Shown here: piece after piece, positions 29,236 to 39,414 of the stretch
Layout: every line of letters begins with the position of its first letter
Position numbering within the stretch: the first letter of the stretch is position 1
DNA from: Thermoproteota archaeon
GTDB taxonomy: Archaea > Thermoproteota > Thermoprotei > Gearchaeales > Gearchaeaceae
Assembly: GCA_032249235.1 (NCBI GenBank)
Contig: JAVVGF010000001.1
Location: 128,001-192,000 of the forward strand
DNA: 64,000 nucleotides
Direction: 5' to 3'
The notes under the pieces: model-generated
Database searches by the model: none
What the model saw: the letters and a program-made list of their open reading frames with translations, nothing else
Told to the model about the DNA's origin: nothing
Program-made: the position numbers and the translations under genes

Positions 29236-29670
29236 ATGTATGAGGAGAAGCTAACAGGCAAAACTTTGCTTGTATATATGTATTTATTAAATAAAAATAG
29301 AGTTACTGCAAGAGAAGTAAAAGACGCCTTAGGATTATCAAGCACGAGTTTAGCTATTTATTATTTAGAAAGGTTATGTCAAATGGATCTTGCAGATAAA
29401 GAACCAGGTGGGCATTATGTTTTAAAGAAAAAAGTAGATATAGGCATATATAGTTTTTATGTTGGATTATATGGGTTTTATTTGCCAAAATTCTTACCTT
29501 ATGCAATTTTCTTTACTGTTCTTTTAATATCATATATTTATTTTTATTTGGATTCAATAAATTTATTTGCCTTATTTGCATTAATCTCTACATCTATAAT
29601 ATTTTGGTATGAAACTTTAAAATTATATTTTAAATTAAAATCACTATATAAGGGAAGAATTAAGCGCTAG
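29236..29670 (+). CDS. wHTH protein with C-terminal transmembrane helices
   Basis: VTAREVKDALGLSSTSLAIYYLERL followed by two hydrophobic segments. Confidence 0.75.
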   Translation: MYEEKLTGKTLLVYMYLLNKNRVTAREVKDALGLSSTSLAIYYLERLCQMDLADKEPGGHYVLKKKVDIGIYSFYVGLYGFYLPKFLPYAIFFTVLLISYIYFYLDSINLFALFALISTSIIFWYETLKLYFKLKSLYKGRIKR

Positions 29671-32326
29671 CCAATTTTGTTCTTGCAATTACTAATTTAT
29701 CCAAATCCTCTTTGCTTATATTTAATTTCTGTAATATTGCTTGATGCAATTCTCTTAACTTCTTTCTTCTGTCTTTCATTAATATTACATCTGCTTCTCC
29801 AAACGTTATTAAAGTATGAGAGAATGGCGAAGGTACTTTTGTAGAAATGACTTTGTATTCAATTTCTTTATTTTTTATACTTTCTAAGATTTTCTTTGCA
29901 TTCGGCAAATCCATTATATCTTCTAAAATTTCTCTTATTGTTTCTTCAATTATAGGGAAGTTTGGATCTATTTTCTTGCATGCTTCTAATAGTATTTGAG
30001 AATTTATTTGTTGCTTATTTACACTTATTTTATATCCTTTATAATTTCTCAAAACTAAAAAGCTCCTTGTTGAATTATGTCTGAATTTTCTTTTCATCAA
30101 TTCTGTATATTCTAAATATTCCCTCAACAAATCTTCTAAGTTAGTATTGTATATTTCTTGGAATATTTCTGAGATTATTTTTTCATTAATTTTGCCATAA
30201 ACTTCTTTTGGTAATATAATTGAGAAACCATTATCATGAACAATAGTTCCTACATCAACATCAAATTTTCTACTTAAGATTATAGCAAATATTCGTGCAA
30301 GTGCATCGTTAGTCCTACGTCCATATAAAGCGTGGAATATGAGATGGTATCTTCCATCGAGATCCATCGTTTTTTCGATAAGCAATAGTTTATCATTGGG
30401 TATTACCTTTGCAAAAAGGAATTGCTCTAAAAAATATGACTTCATAGCTTTCTTTGAATGTTCATCTACAGGTAATTGATCTATTAACTCGCTGAAGTCT
30501 TCATTCTTTTTCAATTTCTCATATACTTTCCTTCTGAATTCTCCAATCCTCATTGCTAAATCGAAATTTAAAGGAAGTTGTTCAGAGAACCAAGGAGGTA
30601 TAGTAGGTGCTTCATTTTCCGTGCGCTCGACATAGCATCTCATACCTTTGCTATGGGAAAATCTATAAGTTTTACCTCCTAAGACAAATACATCGCCTTT
30701 CTTAAGTCTCATTAAGAATTCCTCTTCTATGTTTCCTATCCACTTCTTTTCAGGTAACAAAAATACATCTACTGAAACTTCATCTGGAATTGTACCTATG
30801 TTTAAAAAGTAAATTGTTCGAACATATCTTCCTCTTCTTCCGAACATTTGATCAGCTTCATCAAACCAAATTTTACCATAAACTTTTCTATCTTGCAATT
30901 CAACATAATGTCCAGCGAGGTATTTTAGAAGTTTTATGAATTTCTCTTCACTTAAATCCTTATATGGATAAGCTCTTCTTATTACTTTCAGTGCCTCATC
31001 TACATGCCATTTCTTATTAATAGCCATGCCTACAACATGTTGAGCTAAAACGTCTAGGCAATTTCTAGGCATATAAAATCTATCTAGTAAACGTTTATTC
31101 GCATAATACAACATAATAGCACATTCAACTAGATCATCTCTGTTCATTACGATAATTCTCCCAATTGAGACATCTTGGAATTTATGCCCACTTCTTCCTA
31201 TTCTTTGAATAGCTCTTGTAATAGATTTGGGCGATCCTAATTGAACCACAGTTCTTATATAACCTATATCTATACCTAATTCTAAACTAGTAGAAGAAAC
31301 TACTGCTTTTAACAATCCTTTTTTTAATCTCTCTTCAACATCCAATCTAACAATTCTCGATAAAGATCCATGATGAGCTGCAATTTCTTCATCTGTATAT
31401 TTGAATTTCTTCTTTAAGTTGAAAACTACCCTTTCTGTGCCACTTCTAGTATTTGTGAATATCAGTACAGTAGGAGAATTGGTTATGATTTCATGCAGAA
31501 TTTCATACATTCTATTTTCTATGACATCATCAGGAGTATAGATTAAATCTTCAACAGGAGAAATAACCTTCAAATCATATTGTTTTTCCCATGATACATC
31601 TACAATCCAGCATTCTCTGAAGTTTCCGTTATCATCTAAACCCATTAAAAACTTAGCAGCTTCTTCTATAGGGTGTAATGTTGCTCCCAAACCTATTCTT
31701 ATAAAGTCTCTTCCTAATAATTCTCTTAGTCTTTCAAGCGATACGGCTAAATGGACTCCTCTTTTATTGTTTGCTAATTCATGTATTTCATCTACTACTA
31801 CATATTTCACATTTTTTATCTTCTCAATGAACTTTGGTGAATTCAAGATGATAGCAAAGCTTTCAGGCGTCGTAACTAAAATATGTGGGGGCTTTTTGAG
31901 TTGTTTTTGTTTTTCGGAAGGAGATACGTCTCCGCTCCTAACTGCTACACGTATCTCAGGAATTTTTATGCCTTCTTTCTCTATCATAGCCTTAATTTCG
32001 CTCAAAGGTTCGCTAAGATTTCTTTTTATATCGTTATTCAAAGCCTTAAGAGGAGATATGTAAATACAGTAAACTTCATCTTTAAGTTCATTTTTAAGGG
32101 CTAAATCGAATAGCTTTGATATTATGACTAAGAAAGCTGATAAAGTCTTTCCTGAACCTGTTGGAGCAGTTATTAACAAGCTTTTCTCTTCACTCAATAG
32201 CTTAAAAGAGTAATATTGTGGGGGTGTCAAATCTAGGAATTTTCTTTCAAACCATTCCCTAACATAGCGATTTAAACAGCTGAGATTTTCTTCCTTTGAG
32301 AATTTCCTTAGAGGATAATGAAACAT
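29660..32326 (-). CDS. lhr: Lhr SF2 helicase
   Basis: APTGSGKT, SPLKALNND, DEIH, HHGSL, LELGID, QRIGRSGH and IPPWFSE motifs. Confidence 0.93.
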   Translation of the reverse strand: MFHYPLRKFSKEENLSCLNRYVREWFERKFLDLTPPQYYSFKLLSEEKSLLITAPTGSGKTLSAFLVIISKLFDLALKNELKDEVYCIYISPLKALNNDIKRNLSEPLSEIKAMIEKEGIKIPEIRVAVRSGDVSPSEKQKQLKKPPHILVTTPESFAIILNSPKFIEKIKNVKYVVVDEIHELANNKRGVHLAVSLERLRELLGRDFIRIGLGATLHPIEEAAKFLMGLDDNGNFRECWIVDVSWEKQYDLKVISPVEDLIYTPDDVIENRMYEILHEIITNSPTVLIFTNTRSGTERVVFNLKKKFKYTDEEIAAHHGSLSRIVRLDVEERLKKGLLKAVVSSTSLELGIDIGYIRTVVQLGSPKSITRAIQRIGRSGHKFQDVSIGRIIVMNRDDLVECAIMLYYANKRLLDRFYMPRNCLDVLAQHVVGMAINKKWHVDEALKVIRRAYPYKDLSEEKFIKLLKYLAGHYVELQDRKVYGKIWFDEADQMFGRRGRYVRTIYFLNIGTIPDEVSVDVFLLPEKKWIGNIEEEFLMRLKKGDVFVLGGKTYRFSHSKGMRCYVERTENEAPTIPPWFSEQLPLNFDLAMRIGEFRRKVYEKLKKNEDFSELIDQLPVDEHSKKAMKSYFLEQFLFAKVIPNDKLLLIEKTMDLDGRYHLIFHALYGRRTNDALARIFAIILSRKFDVDVGTIVHDNGFSIILPKEVYGKINEKIISEIFQEIYNTNLEDLLREYLEYTELMKRKFRHNSTRSFLVLRNYKGYKISVNKQQINSQILLEACKKIDPNFPIIEETIREILEDIMDLPNAKKILESIKNKEIEYKVISTKVPSPFSHTLITFGEADVILMKDRRKKLRELHQAILQKLNISKEDLDKLVIARTKLASA

Positions 32327-32462
32327 TACAGATTTTTATTTTCTCATAAGAAACTTAAATAAATTGCAGAAGAAATACCGTTATTTCCTAAGTATTACGC
32401 AAATTACAATCTTATCTTCTAGTTTGGACAGTTTTAAAATTCTATATCAGATTCATATAGCT

Positions 32463-34946
32463 TTATTTTGCTGGTATTACTTTCTTGTATATCTCACTAT
32501 AAGTCTTTTTCTCACCATCTACGGTTAAAAGGAACTCCAATGTTATATTGAATAATTTCTCATTGTTTTTTAAATAGGGTAATATTAAATCCCAATCTTC
32601 TTTACTTAGCTTAACATATTTGCCACCATGTAGTTGGTTTTCTTCAAGCTTATTATAAGGATCCCTTATGTATATTGCTCCTCCTGAAGCCAATGAGAAT
32701 AAATTCCCACCAGGATATGGATCTTCAAGATTGTAATATTCTCCTTCATCACTTATTCCTATACTATTTAATATTACAAAACCTCCTCCTTTTAATGGGT
32801 CTCCAGCCATGAATGATTCTGCTAAATAATCTAAACATGTTCCGTTAATTATAACTCTAGGCTTTCCTACAGAGTTTATCAAAGGTCTACCGGCTGCACT
32901 ACCTAAGACATAAACTTCTCCTCCTTTCGAGCTATACATAAACGTTTGTCCAACATCACCATATATTACAAGTTTACCTCTTTTCATTATTTGCGCTACT
33001 TGATCTTGAGCAGATCCATGAACATATATTTCTGCACCATCTAATCCTGAACCTAAATAATCTCCAGAATCACCATATACATCAATTCTTAAAGAATCTG
33101 AATTAGGACCGAGGCCACAACCTAGAAATCTTTGTCCTCTCATATTATAAACGATGATTTTTCTCCAACCCATTTTGTATGCTTCGACAACAAATCTAGA
33201 TAATGAATCTTCTCCTTCTGAAGGGAAATATTTGGAATCAATTACTAATGTTTGAATTGAATTTTCAGCCTCATGTAATTTATCTTTTTCATAAAAATCT
33301 ATTAATTTATATTCTTGATCTAAATATTTATCAAAAATTTCATATAAAGCTTTTAATAATACGGTCTTTATTGAACTTCTTCTTTTCATTCCGGTATTAT
33401 AAGGAAGATCATATAGACGTGTAAGCAATTCTATTGCTTCTCTTGGTTTTCTTTTCTTTATGCTTTCTATATAGGATAATAATTCTTCCCATCCAATATC
33501 CTTTATTCTTTTTATAAATGTATCTATATCAAAATTTTTATCATCTTTAATATTAAAAATTTTTTGATTATTAGATAACTTGGGATAATAATGTTCTTGA
33601 TATTCTGGAATCGTTATCTTAATTCCAAATTTATTAAAACATTCGAATTTATTTTTTTCATAGTTGTAAACATAAATGAATGCTCCTCCATCTGTATGAC
33701 TTCCTCCTCTCGCAACCCAATATTTATCAGCATATAGTGAGGGTATGCGTGCATCTTCATATAAATCTCTAAGTATAGCATTAATAGCTTGTCTTTCAGA
33801 AGCGACGATACCTAATTTCATGTTCGCATCGAGATAAGAGAAAACTTGAGGCCTGAGCATAGAAGTATCTGTTATACCGATTAACTGAAATTGCTTTAAA
33901 CGAGGATCATGGCCTGCAATTATGAAAAACCAAGGTCCGTCAGGAGAGGATGTCATGTGCAAAGCTTGGATCTCTCTATATATTTTTCTCTTTTCTAAAG
34001 GTAATTTGTAGAAATCTCTTTCAAGTGTAGGAGCGAGAGCTTCTATCAAATATTCTAAAGGATATTCATATACTCTATATAATAAATCGAAAACGAGCAT
34101 AGCTACCTCTGTATCAGTTAAGAAAAGCGGTTCATAGTTTCTTTCTTTTAAGTATTCAACGATAGGATGATAATTTGAGAAATCTCCATTATGAACCAAC
34201 GCATGATTTACTCCTACGAAAGGATGAGCTCCTCCAGGATGCCAAACTTTTCCTTTTGTTGGATATCTATGATGTCCTATCCATACATGTGCTTTGAAAT
34301 CATCTAATTTATAATATTTAATAACTTCATCACCATAACCTACAAGCTTGAGTACTATCATATTTTTACCTGAAGACATCACCATTGCTCTTTTTTCGCC
34401 TAAAGAAGAATAATATTTCTTGTTAAGCATGAACGAAATTTGCCATATCATTTCTTCTTCTACTTTATCTTCAGGAAGATCTTCAAGCTCATTCTCTCTA
34501 ATAAATTTCTTGAGCTTATCTTCTCTTACTTTTATAAAATATCTATAAATTTCTGGCGGCCTTACTTCTAAACCTAGTTTTTGATGATCTAGATGTTCTA
34601 GCTTATAACTATCATATACTTCAAAGAATTCAGAAATGTATCCTTTTTCAATTTCATCCTTATAACTTTCATTCAAAATCGCTAATTGGAATATATAGCA
34701 GTTATTGAGCATTTCTTTGCTTACTCCTAGTTGAATATTTGAAAGTCCTACAGCTGCAATTCCTCCTCCTTTCCTGTTTCCTCTGTTTTTCATTTGATAA
34801 AGTGCTTGATACAGGTATCTTCCTTCAAGTTGTTCAGAGGAAGCTAATCCTATTACTCCACATCCACCTTCCGCTTCAATCTTATTTTTAACTTTAAAAT
34901 CCTTCTCAATTATTCTCAATCTGCTTTTCAATAACTTGTTATTCAT
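32463..34946 (-). CDS. Glutamate synthase-like subunit: class II amidotransferase plus GXGXG domain
   Basis: GGCGVIG (Ntn Cys), HHRYPT, HPF, VHNGD, DTE, and C-terminal Gly-rich repeats (GDYLGSGLDG, DYLAESFMAG). Confidence 0.85.
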   Translation of the reverse strand: MNNKLLKSRLRIIEKDFKVKNKIEAEGGCGVIGLASSEQLEGRYLYQALYQMKNRGNRKGGGIAAVGLSNIQLGVSKEMLNNCYIFQLAILNESYKDEIEKGYISEFFEVYDSYKLEHLDHQKLGLEVRPPEIYRYFIKVREDKLKKFIRENELEDLPEDKVEEEMIWQISFMLNKKYYSSLGEKRAMVMSSGKNMIVLKLVGYGDEVIKYYKLDDFKAHVWIGHHRYPTKGKVWHPGGAHPFVGVNHALVHNGDFSNYHPIVEYLKERNYEPLFLTDTEVAMLVFDLLYRVYEYPLEYLIEALAPTLERDFYKLPLEKRKIYREIQALHMTSSPDGPWFFIIAGHDPRLKQFQLIGITDTSMLRPQVFSYLDANMKLGIVASERQAINAILRDLYEDARIPSLYADKYWVARGGSHTDGGAFIYVYNYEKNKFECFNKFGIKITIPEYQEHYYPKLSNNQKIFNIKDDKNFDIDTFIKRIKDIGWEELLSYIESIKKRKPREAIELLTRLYDLPYNTGMKRRSSIKTVLLKALYEIFDKYLDQEYKLIDFYEKDKLHEAENSIQTLVIDSKYFPSEGEDSLSRFVVEAYKMGWRKIIVYNMRGQRFLGCGLGPNSDSLRIDVYGDSGDYLGSGLDGAEIYVHGSAQDQVAQIMKRGKLVIYGDVGQTFMYSSKGGEVYVLGSAAGRPLINSVGKPRVIINGTCLDYLAESFMAGDPLKGGGFVILNSIGISDEGEYYNLEDPYPGGNLFSLASGGAIYIRDPYNKLEENQLHGGKYVKLSKEDWDLILPYLKNNEKLFNITLEFLLTVDGEKKTYSEIYKKVIPAK

Positions 34947-36288
34947 ATTCCTCTTTACCTTCAAAACTAGGTCCTTTATCTAATAACAAATCCTTTCTTC
35001 CTTTTAATTCCCTTATGCTATCTAGATCTAGCATGTATAAGATTTTTTTCAATTCATAACACCACGCCTTATACATGTTGATAATTCTTTTCGAGCCCCA
35101 TGCGGGGTCTTGCAAACTCGATAAAACTTTATTCGTTGTTGCTATACCTATTTGACAACCTCTTCCTCTTCCTCCTTTCTCGCAATTACCGCATTGTGTG
35201 CATCCTAAAGCTATTAGCTCTGCAGTTCCTATTATGCAACCATCAGCTCCTAAAGCTATTGCTTTAGCAACATCATGAGGAGTTCTTATTCCGCCACTTG
35301 CCATTAAAATAATGTTTTCTCTCACACCTTCAGCTAAAAGATAGTTATGAACCTTAGGTATAGCAAATTCAATAGGCATAGCTATATTTTTCTTTGCAAA
35401 TTCAGGCGAAGCTCCTGTACCCCCATAACCCCCATCGAGATGAATAATGTGAGCACCTGCATAATAGATTCCAATTGCTACCATATCTACATCTATAGGC
35501 GTTGAAACTTTAACTGAAACCAAAGCATTTGGATTTACAGCACGAATCCAATCAACATGCTTCTTATGATCTTCTACTGAATATACACTATGAAAAGGGA
35601 AGGGTTGATAAATATTAACGAATGGTACGACTTCTCTCATTTCTGCTACCTCAGGAGTTACCTTTGGCGCTAGAAGATGTCCACCTAAGCCTGGTTTGGC
35701 TCCTTGAGCATATTTGAATTCTATAATCCGCGATACGAGTATTGTTTCTTCTCTTACTCCAAAATATCCAGTTGAGATTTGTGTAATTACGTTTTCCTTA
35801 AATTTCATCAATTCTTTAGGATATCCTCCTTCCCCTGTAGATGTGAAAGTTCCTAAAGCTTTTGCACTCATTGCTCTAGCGATCATAACGTTTAAGCTAA
35901 TCGAACCGAAGGACATACCTGCTCCGTAAAAAGGAACAGGGATTGTAATTTTTTCACCATAGTTTCTTTTATTAAGATCAATTGAAAGGTCTATTTCTTC
36001 GAACTTTTTTAAGAAATCTTTTTCATCGAATGATTGTTTGTATTTGAAATCTAATGAATCAAAACCGTCTCCTCTATTTCCTATTCTATATTCAAGATGT
36101 TCAGGTATTTTACCTGTTGAAGCTTCGTAATATGTAGCTAATATCAAATCTTTTGTCCAGCCATAATTTCCTATTGCTATTTCTTCGAAGTTTAAATAAG
36201 GTAAAATCTCGAGATTTCTGTAGATATTTTCTCTATGTTTCTCTATCGCTCTTGGATTTGAGATATTTAGAAGTTTTAATGAAGGCAT
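34939..36288 (-). CDS. Glutamate synthase FMN-binding subunit
   Basis: GMSFGS, TGEGG, FKYAQGAKPGLGGHL, DGGYGGTGA, SGGIR and CTQCGNC...C motifs. Confidence 0.9.
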   Translation of the reverse strand: MPSLKLLNISNPRAIEKHRENIYRNLEILPYLNFEEIAIGNYGWTKDLILATYYEASTGKIPEHLEYRIGNRGDGFDSLDFKYKQSFDEKDFLKKFEEIDLSIDLNKRNYGEKITIPVPFYGAGMSFGSISLNVMIARAMSAKALGTFTSTGEGGYPKELMKFKENVITQISTGYFGVREETILVSRIIEFKYAQGAKPGLGGHLLAPKVTPEVAEMREVVPFVNIYQPFPFHSVYSVEDHKKHVDWIRAVNPNALVSVKVSTPIDVDMVAIGIYYAGAHIIHLDGGYGGTGASPEFAKKNIAMPIEFAIPKVHNYLLAEGVRENIILMASGGIRTPHDVAKAIALGADGCIIGTAELIALGCTQCGNCEKGGRGRGCQIGIATTNKVLSSLQDPAWGSKRIINMYKAWCYELKKILYMLDLDSIRELKGRKDLLLDKGPSFEGKEEYE

Positions 36289-37817
36289 TCTATATCTCCA
36301 AAAGCCTCTTTTCTGATCTCTTCATAAAAAATAGCCCTTCCTACATCTCCTCTTAGTCTTCGCACATCTCTTTTACCCATTGCACTTAGTGCTTCAATTA
36401 TCTGTTCATGCCATGCAGAAATCAAATTAATTAATCTTTGAGAGCCCCATTCAACATCTATTTTTCTAGGGACAATTTTTGCTTTTCCTCTCACTAATTT
36501 AAATTCTGATTGAAGAGCAACATGAATAGCTACATCAATTCCAACAGCATCTAGTCCGCAAATCATTGCTTTAACAACGTGTTCAGCCATTGTAGCACAT
36601 CTACTTCCTAATATGGATATCTCATTTCTCATTCCTTTTTTTAGCAATTCTTCATGTATTTCTCTTATAATTCGCTTTGGATTTTCTCTTGCATCCCAAT
36701 TAAACACGATATGAATTGAATCAAAACCATTTTCTATTGCTTTTAACAATTTTCTATATAAATTGTCTTTTGAATTTATCCTAGCTATAAGAATTTTATC
36801 TTCTTTATCTTTTAGACTTTTTAATAAATCATCAGCATATTCTTCATACTCTATTTCAATTATTTTAGTCTTTTTTAAAATTTTATCATAATTTTCATTA
36901 AAATATTCTTCTTTTTTTATTAAAGGAATTAAGTTTGAGCTTATATTAATTAATTTCTCAAAATTCTTTAAAGATACTATTGCAAAAGTTGAACATTTTT
37001 CTGCAGCTATAGCAATTGCTTTTTGATGTGAATAATTAGTGAATTCTTCTTCTTGATAATCGAAAAATACTGGAATCTCTATCCTGAATGTTTTGCTTGA
37101 TTTTAATTGAGGATAAAATCTATCTTTCCTGCTTCCTATATCTACTGCTGTAGAGATATATTCTCTCCCTTCTTTACCATCTCTAGTAGGTCTAACTATT
37201 TCTGACATATCTAACCATATTCCATCCCATGAAGGGCCTGCAAATTGTCCTTTATAGCCCATTCCTTTTACTAGTTCATCGCCTGTTTCGGCTTCATGCA
37301 ATATTGTATAGAAGTCATTCAAATTAATTGAGAAAAATGCTAAACTCTTTTTCATATCCAAAAATTTCTTGTTTATTTCTATTCTAGCAACATTTGGATA
37401 TTCTTGCCAACATCTTAAACAGCCTGTGCATCTATCTTTTTTAGGTAAATATCCGCCTAAAATTCCATCAAATACGCCATATTCACAAGGTCTGTCAAAC
37501 AAGGCATCATATCTCAATTTCAATTCTGTATAAAACTTAAGAATTTCTTCCTTTAAGTTAATACGTTTCTCTAATACTTCTTCTATTCTTTTCCTTGAAA
37601 AATAAGATAAAATTGTTTTGATGATGAATTTTATAATTAGCTCATTTGCTTCTTTAATTATGAGTTTCGTTAATCCGATTTTGCTTATTTTAGGTTCAAA
37701 TTTGTGAGGAACTTTATATTTGGATGGGCAATATTCTTTTCTTAATTTGTAACGTATGTGTTGGGAGTCTTCAATATGAATAAGTTTCGATTGTAAAACT
37801 GTTTCGTAAATTTCCAT
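36276..37817 (-). CDS. Divergent glutamate synthase-related subunit with an Fe-S motif
   Basis: CEYG...CTGCLRC, DMSEIVRPTRDG..GREYIST, and KAMICGLDAV...ALSAMG..DVRRLRG; likely start is the ATG at 37817. Confidence 0.75.
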   Translation of the reverse strand: MEIYETVLQSKLIHIEDSQHIRYKLRKEYCPSKYKVPHKFEPKISKIGLTKLIIKEANELIIKFIIKTILSYFSRKRIEEVLEKRINLKEEILKFYTELKLRYDALFDRPCEYGVFDGILGGYLPKKDRCTGCLRCWQEYPNVARIEINKKFLDMKKSLAFFSINLNDFYTILHEAETGDELVKGMGYKGQFAGPSWDGIWLDMSEIVRPTRDGKEGREYISTAVDIGSRKDRFYPQLKSSKTFRIEIPVFFDYQEEEFTNYSHQKAIAIAAEKCSTFAIVSLKNFEKLINISSNLIPLIKKEEYFNENYDKILKKTKIIEIEYEEYADDLLKSLKDKEDKILIARINSKDNLYRKLLKAIENGFDSIHIVFNWDARENPKRIIREIHEELLKKGMRNEISILGSRCATMAEHVVKAMICGLDAVGIDVAIHVALQSEFKLVRGKAKIVPRKIDVEWGSQRLINLISAWHEQIIEALSAMGKRDVRRLRGDVGRAIFYEEIRKEAFGDIECLH

Positions 37818-37983
37818 AAAGATTGATCTATATAATCCATATTTAAAATTGAATATGAACATTTTTTTATTAATTGAGGTAGAATTTGAATAAATTTTTA
37901 TAAAATTTGAAAATAAACAATAGTCCAATTCCGAGCATTTCAAGGCGTCCATCCTTAAATTTTTGTTTTACGATTAATCATTC

Positions 37984-39414
37984 ATGAAGGTGTTATCATT
38001 TATTTTGATCTTCTTTATTCTTTCACAACCTTTATCATATAGCGCTTTAGTGGGTAGTAGTCTTCAAGAATTCGACGTTAATAAAAATGCTGAAAGTAGT
38101 ACGCTGTCTAAACTTATTATTTATCAGGCAAGTTCTGTAAACGCTTGTGCATTTATTCAAAAAACCATCGATGTTAAAGATTACGGATTTTCTTCAAATC
38201 GTCTTTTCAGATTTCTTTCTGATGCTTCGCTTAATTTGAATTCAACAATTATAAATAACCTAGGTAATATTGCTGAAAAAGCTTATTCAATTCTTGTATC
38301 TTTTTTTAATGCTACTCCCTATGATCAATCAAAAGAAGGCTTTATAAATGTAGCAATTGCGAATTTAAACGAAGCTTATAATCGAAGTCAAGTATTCGTT
38401 GCAGGTTATACAATACCTAAAGAAGATCCTAATAATAAGAGCATAATATACCTTGATTCATACCATGTACTAACTTCAAGCTATAATGACACCTATGTGT
38501 TATTCGCGCATGAGCTCTTTCATCTCATACAAGCCTCTGTGATAAACATATCTTCACATGAAGACTGGGTCATTGAAGGTACAGCTGTATTTGCAAGCGA
38601 TTTGGCTATCAAAGGTTACTCTCCACTTTATAATTCAATATATTTAGCTTATAACAAGTTCAACGTTTCTTTAAGAACTCCTGCGCAATGCTTAAGCTTA
38701 GATGCTTATATAGCAGATTATTTGATAGCCCCAACTTTTTTCGAGTTTTTAGCTGAAAAATATGGTAATAGCGCAATTAGTAAGCTATTATGGAAATTAA
38801 AAGGGAATAGCGATATAAGAGCATTAGAAATTGTTTCGAATACAACATTCGATAGATTATTCTCTGAATTCGCTGTGTGGAATTATTTAGGTCTTTACCA
38901 TGGTACGGAGTATACTTTTGAAAAAGTCAAAATTTATGCTTTTCCTCTAACTTCTTTAGTCTTAAATTCTACTTATGCGAATAGCATTGCTCCTCTATCA
39001 ATCCATTACATAAGAATTTTAGCACAAAGAGATGCGATTTTAGATATAAATTATCAAGGAAATCTTAATTTCATAATAATTAAAATTAAAGGAAATAGAT
39101 TAAGTAATAATTTCACTTATGAAGTTTCATATATTAAAAATGAAAAATATATCTTTATATCAAATGTAAAGGAATATAATGAAATAGTATTAGGAATTGT
39201 AAATACCGAATCAAATAACATAAACTATTCGATTATTTTATTGCCTTCTAACTTAACGCTTTATACAATAACGTTTACTAAAACAGAAATAAAAGAAATC
39301 CCCAATGCGAATCTTTTGGCAATCTTAATCTTTGCAACTATTATTACATTTTTAGCTTTGTTTTTGATTTTATTTAGAAGAAGGCTTAGCAAAGTCTTCT
39401 CTCAAGAAACATGA
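37984..39414 (+). CDS. Secreted, membrane-anchored zinc metallopeptidase (gluzincin-like)
   Basis: Signal peptide, AHELFH...WVIEGTA, and a C-terminal TM helix followed by RRR. Confidence 0.75.
   Translation: MKVLSFILIFFILSQPLSYSALVGSSLQEFDVNKNAESSTLSKLIIYQASSVNACAFIQKTIDVKDYGFSSNRLFRFLSDASLNLNSTIINNLGNIAEKAYSILVSFFNATPYDQSKEGFINVAIANLNEAYNRSQVFVAGYTIPKEDPNNKSIIYLDSYHVLTSSYNDTYVLFAHELFHLIQASVINISSHEDWVIEGTAVFASDLAIKGYSPLYNSIYLAYNKFNVSLRTPAQCLSLDAYIADYLIAPTFFEFLAEKYGNSAISKLLWKLKGNSDIRALEIVSNTTFDRLFSEFAVWNYLGLYHGTEYTFEKVKIYAFPLTSLVLNSTYANSIAPLSIHYIRILAQRDAILDINYQGNLNFIIIKIKGNRLSNNFTYEVSYIKNEKYIFISNVKEYNEIVLGIVNTESNNINYSIILLPSNLTLYTITFTKTEIKEIPNANLLAILIFATIITFLALFLILFRRRLSKVFSQET

Noticed and set aside
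32327-32462. Possible structured ncRNA in the lhr-glt intergenic region
   Set aside because: Only weak AT-rich stems (CTATAT/ATATAG and AATAC/GTATT), explainable as a terminator plus promoter.
36276-36288. Programmed frameshift fusing the two glutamate-synthase-like ORFs
   Set aside because: The downstream ORF has its own ATG preceded by a GGAG SD-like sequence, so this is an ordinary short overlap.
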